Shown here piece by piece: positions 13,118 through 25,559 of a stretch of 64,000 nt of DNA; position 1 is the first letter of the stretch, and every line of letters begins with the position of its first letter. Source of the stretch: Octopus sinensis (lineage: Eukaryota); NCBI RefSeq assembly GCF_006345805.1, contig NC_043004.1, forward strand, positions 94,674,001 to 94,738,000. Direction: 5' to 3'. A model generated the notes under the pieces. That model saw nothing but the letters and a program-made list of their open reading frames with translations. It ran no database searches and was not told the origin of the DNA. Made by a program: the position numbers and the translations under genes.

Positions 13118-13570
13118 TAACAGACCAAGCAATTACATGGGAGAGAAAAGAAAAGTCGCGGACCTCTGCAGACGTGAACGTCTCTTCCAAAATCAACGAG
13201 ATTTATAAACAGCTGTTTTGAAACCAGCAGCTCTGCTTTCTTGGTTATAAATTTACATTGATCCCAATATTCATTGATACACTTATCAGTGTTAGTGAAT
13301 GTCTAAATAAATCTGAAAAAAAGACTAGGATTTTCAAGCAAAGAAAGAGAACAACAAATACGTACTTTACCGAAACCATCCCTAAAAGACTGGAACAGCA
13401 AAAATATGCATAACATCCTTATTCTGTTATTTGTTTCGGTCATTAGACTGCGGCCATACTAGGACACCACCATAAAATTCAATATCCAACTATTATTGAT
13501 GGTGCTGCGTATCTAAATTTCAGTGACGGAGCTTTGGTTTCATTGTTAGAAACAAGCTTCCTACTTCTAG

Positions 13571-13958
13571 GTGGAGGCGCAATGGCCCAGTGGTTAGGGC
13601 AACGGACTCGTGGTCGTAGGATTGCGGTTTTGATTCCCAGACCGGGCGTTGTGAGTGTTTATTGAGCGAAAACACCTAAAGCTCCACGAGGCTCCGGATC
13701 CCTGCTGTACTCTTTCACCACAACTTTCTCTCACTCTTACTTCCTGTTTCTGTTGTACCTGTATTTCAAAGGGCCAGCCTTTTCACTCTCTGTGTCACGC
13801 TGAATATCCCCGAGAACTACGTTAAGGGTACACGTGTCTGTGGAGTGCTCAGCCACTTACACGTTAATTTCACGAGCAGGCTGTTCCGTTGATTCCATTC
13901 AACCGGAACCCTCGTCATCGTAACCGACAGAGTGCTTCCATCCATCGGAGTGCTTCCA
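13571..13958 (+). mobile_element. SINE family A (tail variant 2)
   Basis: Same head as 979. Body ends ...gtaaccgacagagtgcttcca, with the last ~12 nt duplicated. Confidence 0.9.
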
Positions 13959-14891
13959 AGCATACATACACATAATACTGTTTATCAAATTTTACTCACG
14001 AAACATTGATCAATCAATGACTATATAAAACAGAAAGACAGACAAATAGATAGACAGACTAATGGACAGACAGACAGATAAAACATCGTATCATACATTT
14101 ATACTATATGCGTATTTGTGTACATATACATCCGTTCATAGTTTGTACGCATACATTAGTTTATAGTTATATTTGATAATATTCCAGTTTGATAAAGATT
14201 CCGTATTATATATCTTTCGATTATATGTTAACCTATTTCACTTATTTTCTTTTCGAAAGTACTTCTCCAAATCATTAATACCTATTTCAAAATATTTTGA
14301 TAACAAAAAATTCTTCGGGAATTTCAAAGATAAATATTGATGTTATTGGTGAAAATGTGTAGCTAGATGGGATGCAATAGTTATTGTTGTTGTTTTGTTT
14401 TTTGCTTTTTTTTAAAAACTATCTCTTGGATTTGTAGAATCGGTACAGTCTCATCCAAAATCTCTTACAATACTTAGGTGCGGTCTTTTGTATTCTGCGT
14501 TCAAATTCGCAAGGAAAATTTTGACTTCCATACATCTTAAAACGGATGGTCTAAAGTCTCTCTTGGTTTTACAAAGGAATCCTGCATACCACGGAATAAT
14601 AAATGTTACGCGTTCACTCGTAGATATATAAGAAATGAACTTTAGAAGTAGCAGTGAGACTTTATTCCTCCATTATGAAGTACAGTAGATTAATTTTTAA
14701 AAATTACAAATTCTGGTGGTTGTATAATTCATCTATTGTTTGGGTAATACAGCTCGATTCGTCGTTGGTTACATGTGCTCCGTTATGTTAAATTTACTCT
14801 GGTGAATAACGGCAGGAAAACAACATGACTCGCCTTCATGAAAATTTCTCAGCCCTCTGGACTCAATAAAAATGTAACATGAATTTATATG

Positions 14892-15114
14892 TTTCTTTAT
14901 TACCCACAAGGGGCTAAACATAGAGGGGACAAACAAGGACAGACAAACGAATTAAGTCGATTATATCGACCCCAGTGCGTAGCTGGTACTTAATTTATCG
15001 ACCCCGAAAGGATGAAAGGCAAAGTCGACCTCGGCGGAATTTGAACTCAGAACGTAACGGCAGACGAAATACGGCCACGCATTTCGCCCGGCGTGCTAAC
15101 GGTTCTGCCAGCTC
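14892..15114 (-). mobile_element. tRNA-derived SINE, family C
   Basis: Reverse complement of gagctggcagaa...gagttcaaattccgccgaggtcgactttgcctttcatcctttcggggtcgat. Six copies in the window. Confidence 0.9.
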
Positions 15115-15570
15115 AAGAAGGTAGGCTTCAGAGAACATACCGATTTGGAGAACGATTATGCGCAACGTGATTGGATCTTCGATCCAAATCCCGCTCAATA
15201 CTCAACCAATCAAAACACAGGACTCAACCAATATTTGAAACTCACATGATAGCTAAAGTGACCATTGATTACAGATGAAAACGCTGAGCCTATATCAGTT
15301 TAATGTATTCAATATACCATGATGGAAATTGGTCCGCTACACATCCAACCTTTATAAAATGATCTCCTTATTTATTTTCTGGAATGGAGTTCAAGGACTG
15401 TACTCTTCGCCCATCAAATTTGTGATCTTGGGGCTGTGTTCAAAATCCCTCATTGCCAGCCTTTATCGTACGTCAGCGCAAATTTTATTAGTTTCAGTGA
15501 TGCCGACGTTTTAACGTCTCAACGTCCAGTTTCTCATGTTTGTATTATCAAACAGAATTGGTTAAAATAG

Positions 15571-15954
15571 GTGGAGGCGCAATGGCCCAGTGGTTAGGGC
15601 AGCGGACTCGCGGTCATAGGATCGCGGTTTCGATTCCCAGACCGGGCGTTGTGAGTGTTTATTGAGCGAAAACACATAAAGCTCCACGAGGCTCCAGCAG
15701 GGGATGGTGGTGATCCCTGCTGTACTCTTTCACCACAACTTTCTCTCACTCTTACTTCCTGTTTCTGTTGTACCTGTATTTCAAAGGGCCGGCCTTGTCA
15801 CTCTCTGTGTCACGCTGAATATCCCCGAGAACTACGTTAAGGGTACACATGTCTGTGGAGTGCTCAGCCACTTACACGTTAATTTCACGAGCAGGCTGTT
15901 CCGTTGATTCGGATCAACCGGAACCCTCATCGTCGTAACCGACGGAGTGCTTCC
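15571..15954 (+). mobile_element. SINE family A (tail variant 2) with ~27 bp target-site duplication
   Basis: Flanked by attatcaaacagaattggttaaaatag and attatgaaacagaattggtgaaatag. Confidence 0.9.
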
Positions 15955-16852
15955 AAAATTATGAAACAGAATTGGTGAAATAGATTTTTCTACAACAGGA
16001 TAACATTTCTGTCCCCAGCCCTCATTTGTTTCCAAGCAAAGTAATATCCCCCTTGGGAACGATTGGCATTGTATGATGGTGACACACATTTAGCGTATGA
16101 AACTATCACGTGATGCCAAGACTAGTTGGCTCATCCACGCCTTGCACGTACGCACACACATCACACACACAAACTTCCACGCATATGTAACTATATGTGT
16201 TTGGTGAATAAGCACTAAAATAATATTTGACTTTTTTTAAATTTTAAAGCTTGTTCTAGACTGGATCATTTTTTTAGCAAAAAAGGGTCCTACAAAATAT
16301 GTCGGTGTGTAGCAGTGATAGAATACCTCATAATGCAATAATAGACAACGTTCAGAAGGCTTAATAGAACATAGTAATTTATCATAAGAGCAAATGACGA
16401 TAGCATTAAATCAAGGCTTGCTTGCAGCATACAGTGTATAACATTCAGAGGTATGGTATAACAGTGTCCTAAGTGAACAAAAGAATAATTCGAGCAACTC
16501 GTGATAGGGTCACAAATCCAGAAGAAGGTGTATGCAGCATAATAAACATGTAACCACTACTGTTACTGTATAATGTAAAATGTGAACTGGATAAATGTTC
16601 GAACAGCCCAAGTTTTAAATTGTTCTTCGATTAGGTATTTTCCACGTAAGGTTTAGTTGAGACAGAAACATGGCAATATGTCTTTCTCGTTTGGATGCCT
16701 GGCTCGAACTGACTAAGAATTTCCTGCGACTTAGTGACAGGCGGCAGCCTGCATTTATTTGTGATGCAAAGGAGTTGGCTGGACTGACCAAATCCCGCAC
16801 AGCCGGATAACAGTTCCGCCAAAGGGAAATAGTGCTCCTACATATACATGTG

Positions 16853-16854
<2 letters not shown>

Positions 16855-16945
<91 letters not shown>

Positions 16946-16975
16946 ATATATGTATATATATATATATATATATAT
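16855..16975. repeat. (TATC)n/(AT)n microsatellite
   Basis: Direct inspection. Confidence 0.95.
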
Positions 16976-17149
16976 AAATTGAGATAGGGGCTGTGAGTGC
17001 AACCCACCATGGTATAACATATATCCAATATACTGCCAGTAAAGCACCCAACAAAGTTAATACATAAATGTTAAGAATTGCGATGCAATTAATTCCTTTA
17101 CTGTATTATATGGGCAAAGGTAAAATGTTTTACCACAAATTAATAATAG

Positions 17150-17563
17150 AAAATAAAAATGGAGAAATACACCTTAATCAATAATCAACTACCAGATAAT
17201 ACCCAATCACATAATTTATTAAACCACTACATATGAACATTAAGGTCAAACATAATAGTATAGAACAAAACAATGTACATCAATGAGTAATATGATACAA
17301 TAAGTACAGTATGTATAAGTGAATATGAATAAATACAAATATAAATATAAACTACATCTTTGGCTGAAACAGCTGCAAGATGTAGTTTATATTTATATTT
17401 GTATTTATTTATATTCACTTATACATACTGTACTTATTGTATCTTTTTACTACTATTATGTTTGACCTTAATGTTCATATGTAGTGTTTTAATAAATTAT
17501 GTGATTGGGTATTATCTGGTAGTTGATTATTGATTAAGGTGTATTTCTCCATTTTCTTATTTT
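17150..17563. repeat. ~410 bp palindrome (foldback)
   Basis: 17150-17360 mirrors 17377-17563, with a ~45 nt indel and a 16 nt loop. Confidence 0.9.
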
Positions 17564-17564
17564 G

Positions 17565-17594
<30 letters not shown>

Positions 17595-17596
<2 letters not shown>

Positions 17597-17951
17597 AATC
17601 CGTTCTGTCTGTGTATGTGTCTTCTAGGATCTCGGACATCCTCCGTCCGATTGCGCTCAAATTTGATATGTAGATACCGAAGGTATCAGGGCGTGTATAA
17701 GTCTTGAAAACATTACAAAAATTTATTCCAGGTGAGAATGCGACCGATAAAGCCGTGGGAACGTGCATTTGTACGCGCAAGTACATCAGCTGTTGCGATC
17801 GATGCTACGCCTACGTGAGAAAAATGCGCGTGCAGTTTGCGCAAAAAAAGCCGGCTGGCTTGAAATAATGCCACAAAATGGAACGGTCGGACAATTCGGT
17901 TTAAATGTTTGACAACTCAGCAGCGTCCATTGGACGGGGGGCGTTTTGCTC

Positions 17952-17953
<2 letters not shown>
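17595..17953 (+). mobile_element. Non-autonomous Helitron-like element (second family)
   Basis: Helitron-type 5' region (tccgttctgtctgtgtatgtgtc...ccgattgcgctcaaattt). 3' hairpin cgtcca-t-tggacg followed by ttgctcg (degenerate CTAG). Lies in (TA)n. Confidence 0.55.
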
Positions 17954-18003
<50 letters not shown>

Positions 18004-18323
18004 ATTATTATATTTCGGAATGGTAATTTTGCCAGTTTAGCCAATAAAAACACACGCACTATATATTTGGTGTTACTTTGCTTCAGTGTTACTTATTTTT
18101 TTACATTAATCTTAATCTTATTTCGGCCAGAGTTCTTTCGTCACATTCCTGTGATCACATCAATGATCCTTTGTTTTCTTCTTTCTTATTTGTGTCTCTC
18201 CTTATTAACCGTCAGCCATTTTGTATTTCTATTGTATGTCTTCTTTTGCGCATGCTTATATCTCTATATGCGTGTGTTTTTATTGGCTAAACTGGCAAAA
18301 TGACCATTCCGAAATATAATAAT
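18004..18323. repeat. Foldback element with ~55 bp terminal inverted repeats
   Basis: 18004-18058 is the reverse complement of 18269-18323 (1 mismatch). A degenerate HHR-like motif lies inside on the minus strand. Confidence 0.85.
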
Positions 18324-18379
18324 ATCTGTTTCAACACACGACTTCACATAAAAAATCTTGCACAACAAATATATAAACG

Positions 18380-18457
<78 letters not shown>

Positions 18458-18914
18458 CACGTGTGTGTCTATGTGTGTGCGTATGCTTACGTTTTCGTGG
18501 ATGCTTGTATGAGCGAGTGCACACACGCCAGGCAGCTGCTTGCGATGGGGACGTTTATGCACCCATATTTGTGAATGGTTATTTTAAATATTTTTCTCGT
18601 GGTATTGCGGGTTCGTTTCTTTTTTTTCCATCTGTGATTTTTACTTTTGATCTTCTATGTAAATGAAGATATTTCCTTCGTTTTACTGTTTTCCTTTCTA
18701 CGAAATGAGAAGATACATTGCGGAACTGATATTTTAATAAGTTATGTCTATATATCATCCGATGAGACACATCTGCGCCGCTTGATGCCCCTGAACCAAT
18801 CGTTGAGTGTGTCCCCACCACAATGGCGGGTCGAAGCTAGATTTATTGGCACAATAGTCGTGATTAATAATAAATTCTCGTATATTCCATATTCTGTCTT
18901 TCATTTGCAATATA

Positions 18915-19475
18915 CAAAGTTATTCAAAAAGAAAGAGCAGATTTTTAATTTATTTTTAAAACAAAAGGTAAGAGACACAAACATATTATACATATTTCTC
19001 GATAGGGGAAGGTTTAAAGTTTTTTTTAAGGTAGTATACGCTCAACATGAGCACCGTGTGTTGCTCGACAAACATCGAAAGATCGAAACCTTTTTCTGTG
19101 AAATTTGTATGCCATTCATAAATTTGCTTGCGATGAAGTGGATTTTTATTAAATTGGTGGCGAAATTCACGTTGCACTTGCAAAATCTATTCGCATTTCT
19201 CAAACTGCAGCACACACAAAGACTTTTCTTGTGGCGTCGCCATTTTCTGAGGGATTACACAAAGGGAAATTATACTACTTTAAATAAAATGAACAAAATG
19301 AAACTGTAAAATAAAATTAAAATGTTATTTTATTTAAGGCCTAATTCAATTGATCATGTTCAGCTATAAACTATAAGCCTTCCTCTATCAAGAAATATGT
19401 AAAATGTGTTTGTGTCTCTTGCCGTCTATTTCTAAAATAAATTTGAAATCTGCTCTTTCTTTTCGAATAACCCTG
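18915..19475 (-). mobile_element. Internally deleted mariner-like element
   Basis: Long TIRs (cagggttattcgaaaagaaagagcagattt...) and TA flanks. Minus strand from 19243 encodes MATPQEKSLCVLQFEKCE*ILQVQREFRHQFNKNPLHRKQIYEWHTNFTEKG, a typical mariner-type N-terminal HTH. Confidence 0.8.
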
Positions 19476-19512
<37 letters not shown>

Positions 19513-20960
19513 ACACACACACACACACACATACACACACACACACACACACATACACACACAGATACACACACACACACATACACATACAGATACACAC
19601 ACACATACACATACAGATACACACACACATACATATATGCAGCGTGAGAGAGACATCTGCATATACTTAATGCACATTCTCTATATCATTTTACACATAA
19701 TTCTTACCGAAAGTGACAGTCACTGGTCTAGTAATTCTTGTAAACTTCACATCCTCACCAATAATGATTTGCTGTTTAACATTTTCAGGGTCAGCAACAT
19801 AGGTATCATGATATATTATAAGTATGATGGAGTGCTCTTGTTAAAATGTTTCAACAGTTGTTCTCACAAAAATAGAAAACATTCTTTTTAACAATTTTGT
19901 GACCTCAGTAGATTTTGAGATCCTAAATTATAGCTTGTCTAACTTATATCTAAATTTGGCACTGTTTATATTTTGAAAAGTAAATACCAGTATCAACTTG
20001 AAAAGCTAAGACTCTTTACGATGGTGTCCCAACATGGCTGTAGTCCAATGACTGAAACAAGTAAAATAATATAAACATAAGTTTCTCGCAAGAAAATGAA
20101 GAAGTTGGCAGCATGGAAGGTGGGAGAGGGGATTAATAATGTGAATAGAACAAGACAGAAATATTATGTGTAGAAATTCTTTTAAAAATTCCAGCTCATT
20201 AGTTTAACAGTTAAGACAGGAAGAAACTGCCAATAAATAAATCGTGTGACCCAACCGATTGCTGTCAAAGAATTTTATTCTTTTGTCAGTGACCAGCTGT
20301 TGCTCTCTGTTGGAGAAACTTAGAACAACAAGCAAAGAAAACTTACACATATAAACATGTGTACATACATACGTCCACATACATATACATACGCATATAT
20401 AACATCTACACATACACCGAGATCAATATGTATTTTATCCTATTCAGATGTTTGAAGACTAAATTATTTAGACCTTTCAAAATTAGAGGTATTCATCAAT
20501 GGGAGATTACCATGTTAACTTTGAAGGTAGAAGAAAGTTGAGGTAGTAGCATTCATCACTTTCTTTATGATTCACTTTGCTCAGCTGTTTTACCCTCTGA
20601 GTTAAAATCCCATTGAGGTCAACTTTGACTTCCATCCTTCTTAGATCGATAAAATAAGGTAATAATCCTGTGCTGCGATCGATGGTATCATTTAACTTTA
20701 CCTTTCAAAACTGCTGGCCTGGTGCAGAAATCAGAATCAATGATTTAGGGCGATGGACTAGCAAATTCTTTATACGTTGGAAAAAGTGCTTAGCGGTATT
20801 TGTTCCGGTATTTCACATTCTAAATTCAAATATAAACCTTCCGAAGAGCATTAACTTCAAAAGTCAAATATAGATATGCTTCCTTATTTTTTCCCTGAGT
20901 GTCAAACTAAGAATCACAGCATGTTTTCACATTTTATTCTGTTATAGCCTCCATAAGGAT

Positions 20961-20991
<31 letters not shown>

Positions 20992-21426
20992 CATATAAAA
21001 ACAGATGAGTGGTACAACAAGGCACCAATATTTACTGGAAAATAGCAATTGATACAAATACGACGCTATTGTACAGCTTCACTACGTATATACTGGCAAA
21101 GACGTGTGTGTGTGCAACAAACATGAAAAATTTGTCTTACCTCTTGGAAGAACATTCGATAAATAGACAACCCAGAATAAGGTAAGAATCCTGTACTGCG
21201 ATCGATGGTATTATTTAACTTTACCTTTCATAACTGCTGGCCTTGTGCAGAAACCAGAATCAATGATTTAGGGCGATGGACTGGCAAATTCTTTATATTA
21301 GAGGAATATGACAACAAAAACCAAGGCAGGATGAGTACCTTAGGTCATTTAGAATATTTGATTTGAGTAAGTTGAATTTGAAGTAATTAATTAATTAGTA
21401 AATAAATAAATAAATTATTATTGGAA

Positions 21427-21502
21427 GTCTTACAGCCGTTTCTGGGATGTTCCAAGTGATAGGTTAGCATCTCCATACACTGTGTATTCCGACATCAGAG
21501 AC
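21427..21502 (-). ncRNA. Hammerhead ribozyme, core mutated (CTGATGT)
   Basis: gtct-CTGATGt-...-catccca-GAAAC-ggct-GTA-agac. Confidence 0.65.
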
Positions 21503-21751
21503 AAGGTGAGTATGTATGAAAGTTCTAGGCATGGAATTCACAGTTTATAAAGGAATAAAATAGTAGATAAAAGAATAAAGAGCAAAACAGTAGATAGAAG
21601 AATACAGACAGGAGAATAGAGTTCACACCCCACTTAATCCAGTGGGTATGGAGGTTGGTCCGTACTTCCGTGAAGGTATAGATCTTTAAATATAATCCCA
21701 GGTTAATCCAGGCAGTATTAATTTACTAGAACTTTCATACATACTCACCTT

Positions 21752-21827
21752 GTCTCTGATGATGGAATACCCAGTAAATGGAGATGCTTGCCTATCACTT
21801 GAGATATCCCAGAAACGGCTGCAAGAC
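21752..21827 (+). ncRNA. Hammerhead ribozyme, cleavage triplet mutated (GCA)
   Basis: gtct-CTGATGA-tggaata-[long loop]-tatccca-GAAAC-ggct-GCA-agac. Confidence 0.7.
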
Positions 21828-22059
21828 TTCCAATAATTAATCAATTACTTCGAATTCACCTTACTCTAATTAAATATTCTAAATGACTTGAAATATTTGT
21901 CCTGCATTGGTTTTTGTTGTCCTTTTCCTCTAATATATACCTGCTAACTCATAAGCCTACTACTGATTCTTCACTCCAGCCTCAGCTGTGAACGGGTGAC
22001 CAATTATAGCTATTAGACAGCGTACCTATTCGTTTAGATCACCAGTGAACAAAATCCCT

Positions 22060-22119
<60 letters not shown>

Positions 22120-22146
22120 TCTTACATACACGCACACACATACATA

Positions 22147-23418
22147 CAGGAGTTGGACAAAATACTGGAAATACCTATCATCATAGCATCATGATATTGA
22201 AATATCTATAAAACCGTCAAAAACTTGTTTATTTTTATGTTTTGTTTTTAATTTATTATTAGTGTTGCTTAATATGTTTTGCTAAAATTGCTCTCTCTTT
22301 TCAGATATCATCAGAAAAAGGTAATTAAAATAAATGAAGGCTCTGTCGGACTTTAAAACAGGTCAAATTGTTGGTGCTCGTATGGCAGGCGCTAGCGTAA
22401 TGAAAACAAACGTAATGAACTGTTTGGTGTATCAAGAAGTACTGTCTCGAAAGTAATGACAGCCTTTGAGAAAGAGGGAAAAATCTCCTCATCGAAACAA
22501 ATTTCCGGAAAAAAACTTTCAAAAAAGGACAGTCGGAATAATACGCGAATTGTTAGAAAGGATCTCAAAAGTAGAGCTCCAAAAATTACTGCAGGGCTTT
22601 ATGACCATCTCGAGAACTCAGTTTCTACAAAAACATGTTCGCCGGGAACAGCACAAAACCGGATTTCACGAGAAGGCTGCAATCAGAAAACCACTACTTA
22701 CAAAAACAAACGTTGCAAAGCGTTTAGAATGGAATAAAAACCTACAGAATTGGTCCCTAGAGCAGTGGAAGAATGTTATTTTCTCGGACGAGTCATCCTT
22801 TAGCTTATTTCTGACCACCGGCTGAGTATACGCGTAGAGACACCCAAAAGAAGCATTTAACCCAGACTGCATTCTTCCAACTGTTAAACATGGAGGAGAA
22901 TCTGTGATGATCTCGGAGGCTATATTTTGGAAGTCCACTGGCCCAATGGTTTCCCTTCATGGCAGAATTAATAGTCAAGACTATTTAAGCATTTTGTCTG
23001 ATCAAATTCATCCCATGATTGCGGAACTGTTTCCGAAGGGAAACGCAGTCTTTCAGGCTGATAATGCACCAATTCACACAGCTAAAGTTGTTACTGAATG
23101 GCACGAGGAACATGCTAGTGAAGTTGAACATCCTTATCAGGCCACCACAGTCCCCAGATCTCAATATAATTGAACATTTATGGTGCATTTTAGAAAAAGA
23201 AGTAAGGAGTCGATATCTTCCACCATCATCACTACAAGAACTGGAGAGTGTTTTAAATGATGAATGGAAAAACATTCCTTTGGAAACAATTCAAACTTTG
23301 TACGAGTCCATATCTCGTAGAATTCAAGCTGTAATTACTTCTAAAGGCGGTCTTACACCATATTAAAATAAATTTCTTTGAAATTTTAAGGTGTTTCCAT
23401 TATTTTGTCCAACCCCTG
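22147..23418 (+). mobile_element. Tc1-family DNA transposon, near full length, non-functional
   Basis: TIRs caggagttggacaaaatactggaaatacc / ggtgtttccattattttgtccaacccctg, with TA flanks. Confidence 0.95.
22335..23366 (+). pseudogene. Frameshifted Tc1 transposase (apparent DD36E)
   Basis: MKALSDFKTGQIVGARMAGASV..., WKNVIFSDESSF, FQADNAPIHTAKVV and PPQSPDLNIIEHLW are spread over several frames. Confidence 0.9.
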
Positions 23419-23489
<71 letters not shown>

Positions 23490-23584
23490 AAGATACAGAG
23501 AGATAGATAAAGTTGGATGGATACACACACACACACACACACACCACACACACACACACACACATGCATATACATATATATAAA

Positions 23585-23735
23585 TGCAAAATGGGACAAG
23601 AACGCAAGACATCCCGACAGGAGATACAAAAAAGGGACAACAAAACATCCAGATAGACGATACAAAGAAAACAAGGACGGGTCATTTGGAGATTTCTTTC
23701 ATCAGTCGAGTTCCAGATTATCTTTGCAATTTCGG

Positions 23736-23740
<5 letters not shown>
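23585..23740 (-). mobile_element. Fragment of a dispersed repeat also at 52380-52735 (possibly Penelope-associated)
   Basis: Shares gatgtcttgcgttcttgtcc and cccgtcc..tttgtatcgtc motifs with the 52.4-52.7 kb copy. Confidence 0.55.
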
Positions 23741-23778
<38 letters not shown>

Positions 23779-24685
23779 ATATATATCTGTGTGAGTTAGA
23801 GGTTGAGAAACCAAGTAAGGGATAGTACTTACATCCTCATGCTTGTTCTTATTCTTAGCCCTATTCTTTTTCTACTTTATTTTTTAAAATGACAAGCACA
23901 CTGTAGCTATTATTAACTGTTTTAACATGTATTAATCCCAGCCACAACCACCTGGACCCTCTGAAGAAGCCTAAATGCACATTCATTATCCAAGCCTTAC
24001 CTGCTCATCCCTACATAACACTGAAGAGATGGAAATAACCTGGAAGATTTTGTTGCTTCTTAGCAGAAACGGCCGTAAGGAACTAGCACCTAAAAGCCCA
24101 TTCGGTTTTACTGGCAATCTGTTTATTTACTCAATTTGCTCATTTGCTCATTTATTCAATTAGTCACCTGTTTCTATATGATTATATGCTTCCACACACT
24201 TGTTCTTGCAATTACCAATTCTTTCTATTTGATATTCTGTACTACTAATAAATGTGTATGTATTCATCTAATACATTGGAATAAATAGGCATACTAGAAT
24301 GTTTACCAGCTGATGTCTGTCGACTTTGTATCCTTCCACTTTCTTACTTTCTTATAAATGTATATATATATATATAGTTGAAGTGCATTCCATTAAATTA
24401 CGTCTTAGAGTTCAAAATAGAGTTCGTTCACCCTTAGAATTAGCAGATGTACCGGCAGTATTATGGTATACTACCAATTCTAGGTTTAGGCATTCTTCAT
24501 GTGTGAAAAAAAAAAAAAGAAAGAACAAATAGTGTCAAAAGTAAGATGGAGTACTCCATCTTACTTTGACTCTATTTATTCTTTCATATATATATATACT
24601 TGTATGTATATGTGTGTGTGTATTTATGTATATAGGTACATGTGTATATATCTGTGTTTTTATATACACACACACGCATATATAC

Positions 24686-24689
<4 letters not shown>

Positions 24690-24716
<27 letters not shown>

Positions 24717-24756
24717 TGTATGTATGTATGTATGTATGTATGTATGTATGTATGTT

Positions 24757-24788
<32 letters not shown>

Positions 24789-24830
24789 TGTATGTATGTA
24801 TGTATGTATGTGTGTATGTACGTATGTATG
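24690..24830. repeat. (TATG)n microsatellite
   Basis: Direct inspection. Confidence 0.95.
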
Positions 24831-25094
24831 TAGCCAGTACCAATCTGGAAATTCTAGAGTAAATATTGCATAAATTACAGTCCATCTCTTATCATTGATT
24901 CTTTGGGTTTCCTGTTAGTGGAGTTGGATAACTGATATCCTTTCAGCCCGCCAGCTGATTGGCTGAAAGCCAAAACAAAGATAAGCAAAACAGGTGACTA
25001 AAGCCAAGATCTGTGTACGATGGGATGCTAAAATTGTGATCTCGTTCCATGACAATTTAATTAACAAAGTTCAGAGGAAGCAAAGCTTCGTTGA

Positions 25095-25239
25095 TAATGT
25101 CAATAATAATAATAATAACAATAATAATGATGATAATAATAATAATATAATAATAATAATAATATAATAATAATAATAACAATAATAACAATAACAATAA
25201 TAATAATAATAATAATAATAATATAATAATAACAATAAC

Positions 25240-25271
<32 letters not shown>

Positions 25272-25290
25272 CAACAACAACAACAACAAC

Positions 25291-25340
<50 letters not shown>
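25095..25340. repeat. (AAT)n/(AAC)n microsatellite
   Basis: Direct inspection. Confidence 0.95.
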
Positions 25341-25342
<2 letters not shown>

Positions 25343-25559
25343 GGATTACACAATACCGGTAAAACAAATTGTTTAGAGATATTACATTTCTAAATGTCTC
25401 AGACATGAGCGGTTGTGGAGCGATAGAGTGGTTGTATACTGTCAACTTAACGTGACAGTCCCGTATGGAATTACACCAAACAGCGGTGGTGTAATTCCCA
25501 TACGGGATTGTCAGGTTAAATTGTTTAGAACCGCACAAAAAAGATTTTACCAAGAGATT

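Larger units (their letters stand above)
21294..21937. mobile_element. Tail-out inverted dimer with hammerheads
   Basis: Arm 21294-21528 mirrors 21726-21937 (diverged), with an HHR motif in each arm. Confidence 0.85.
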
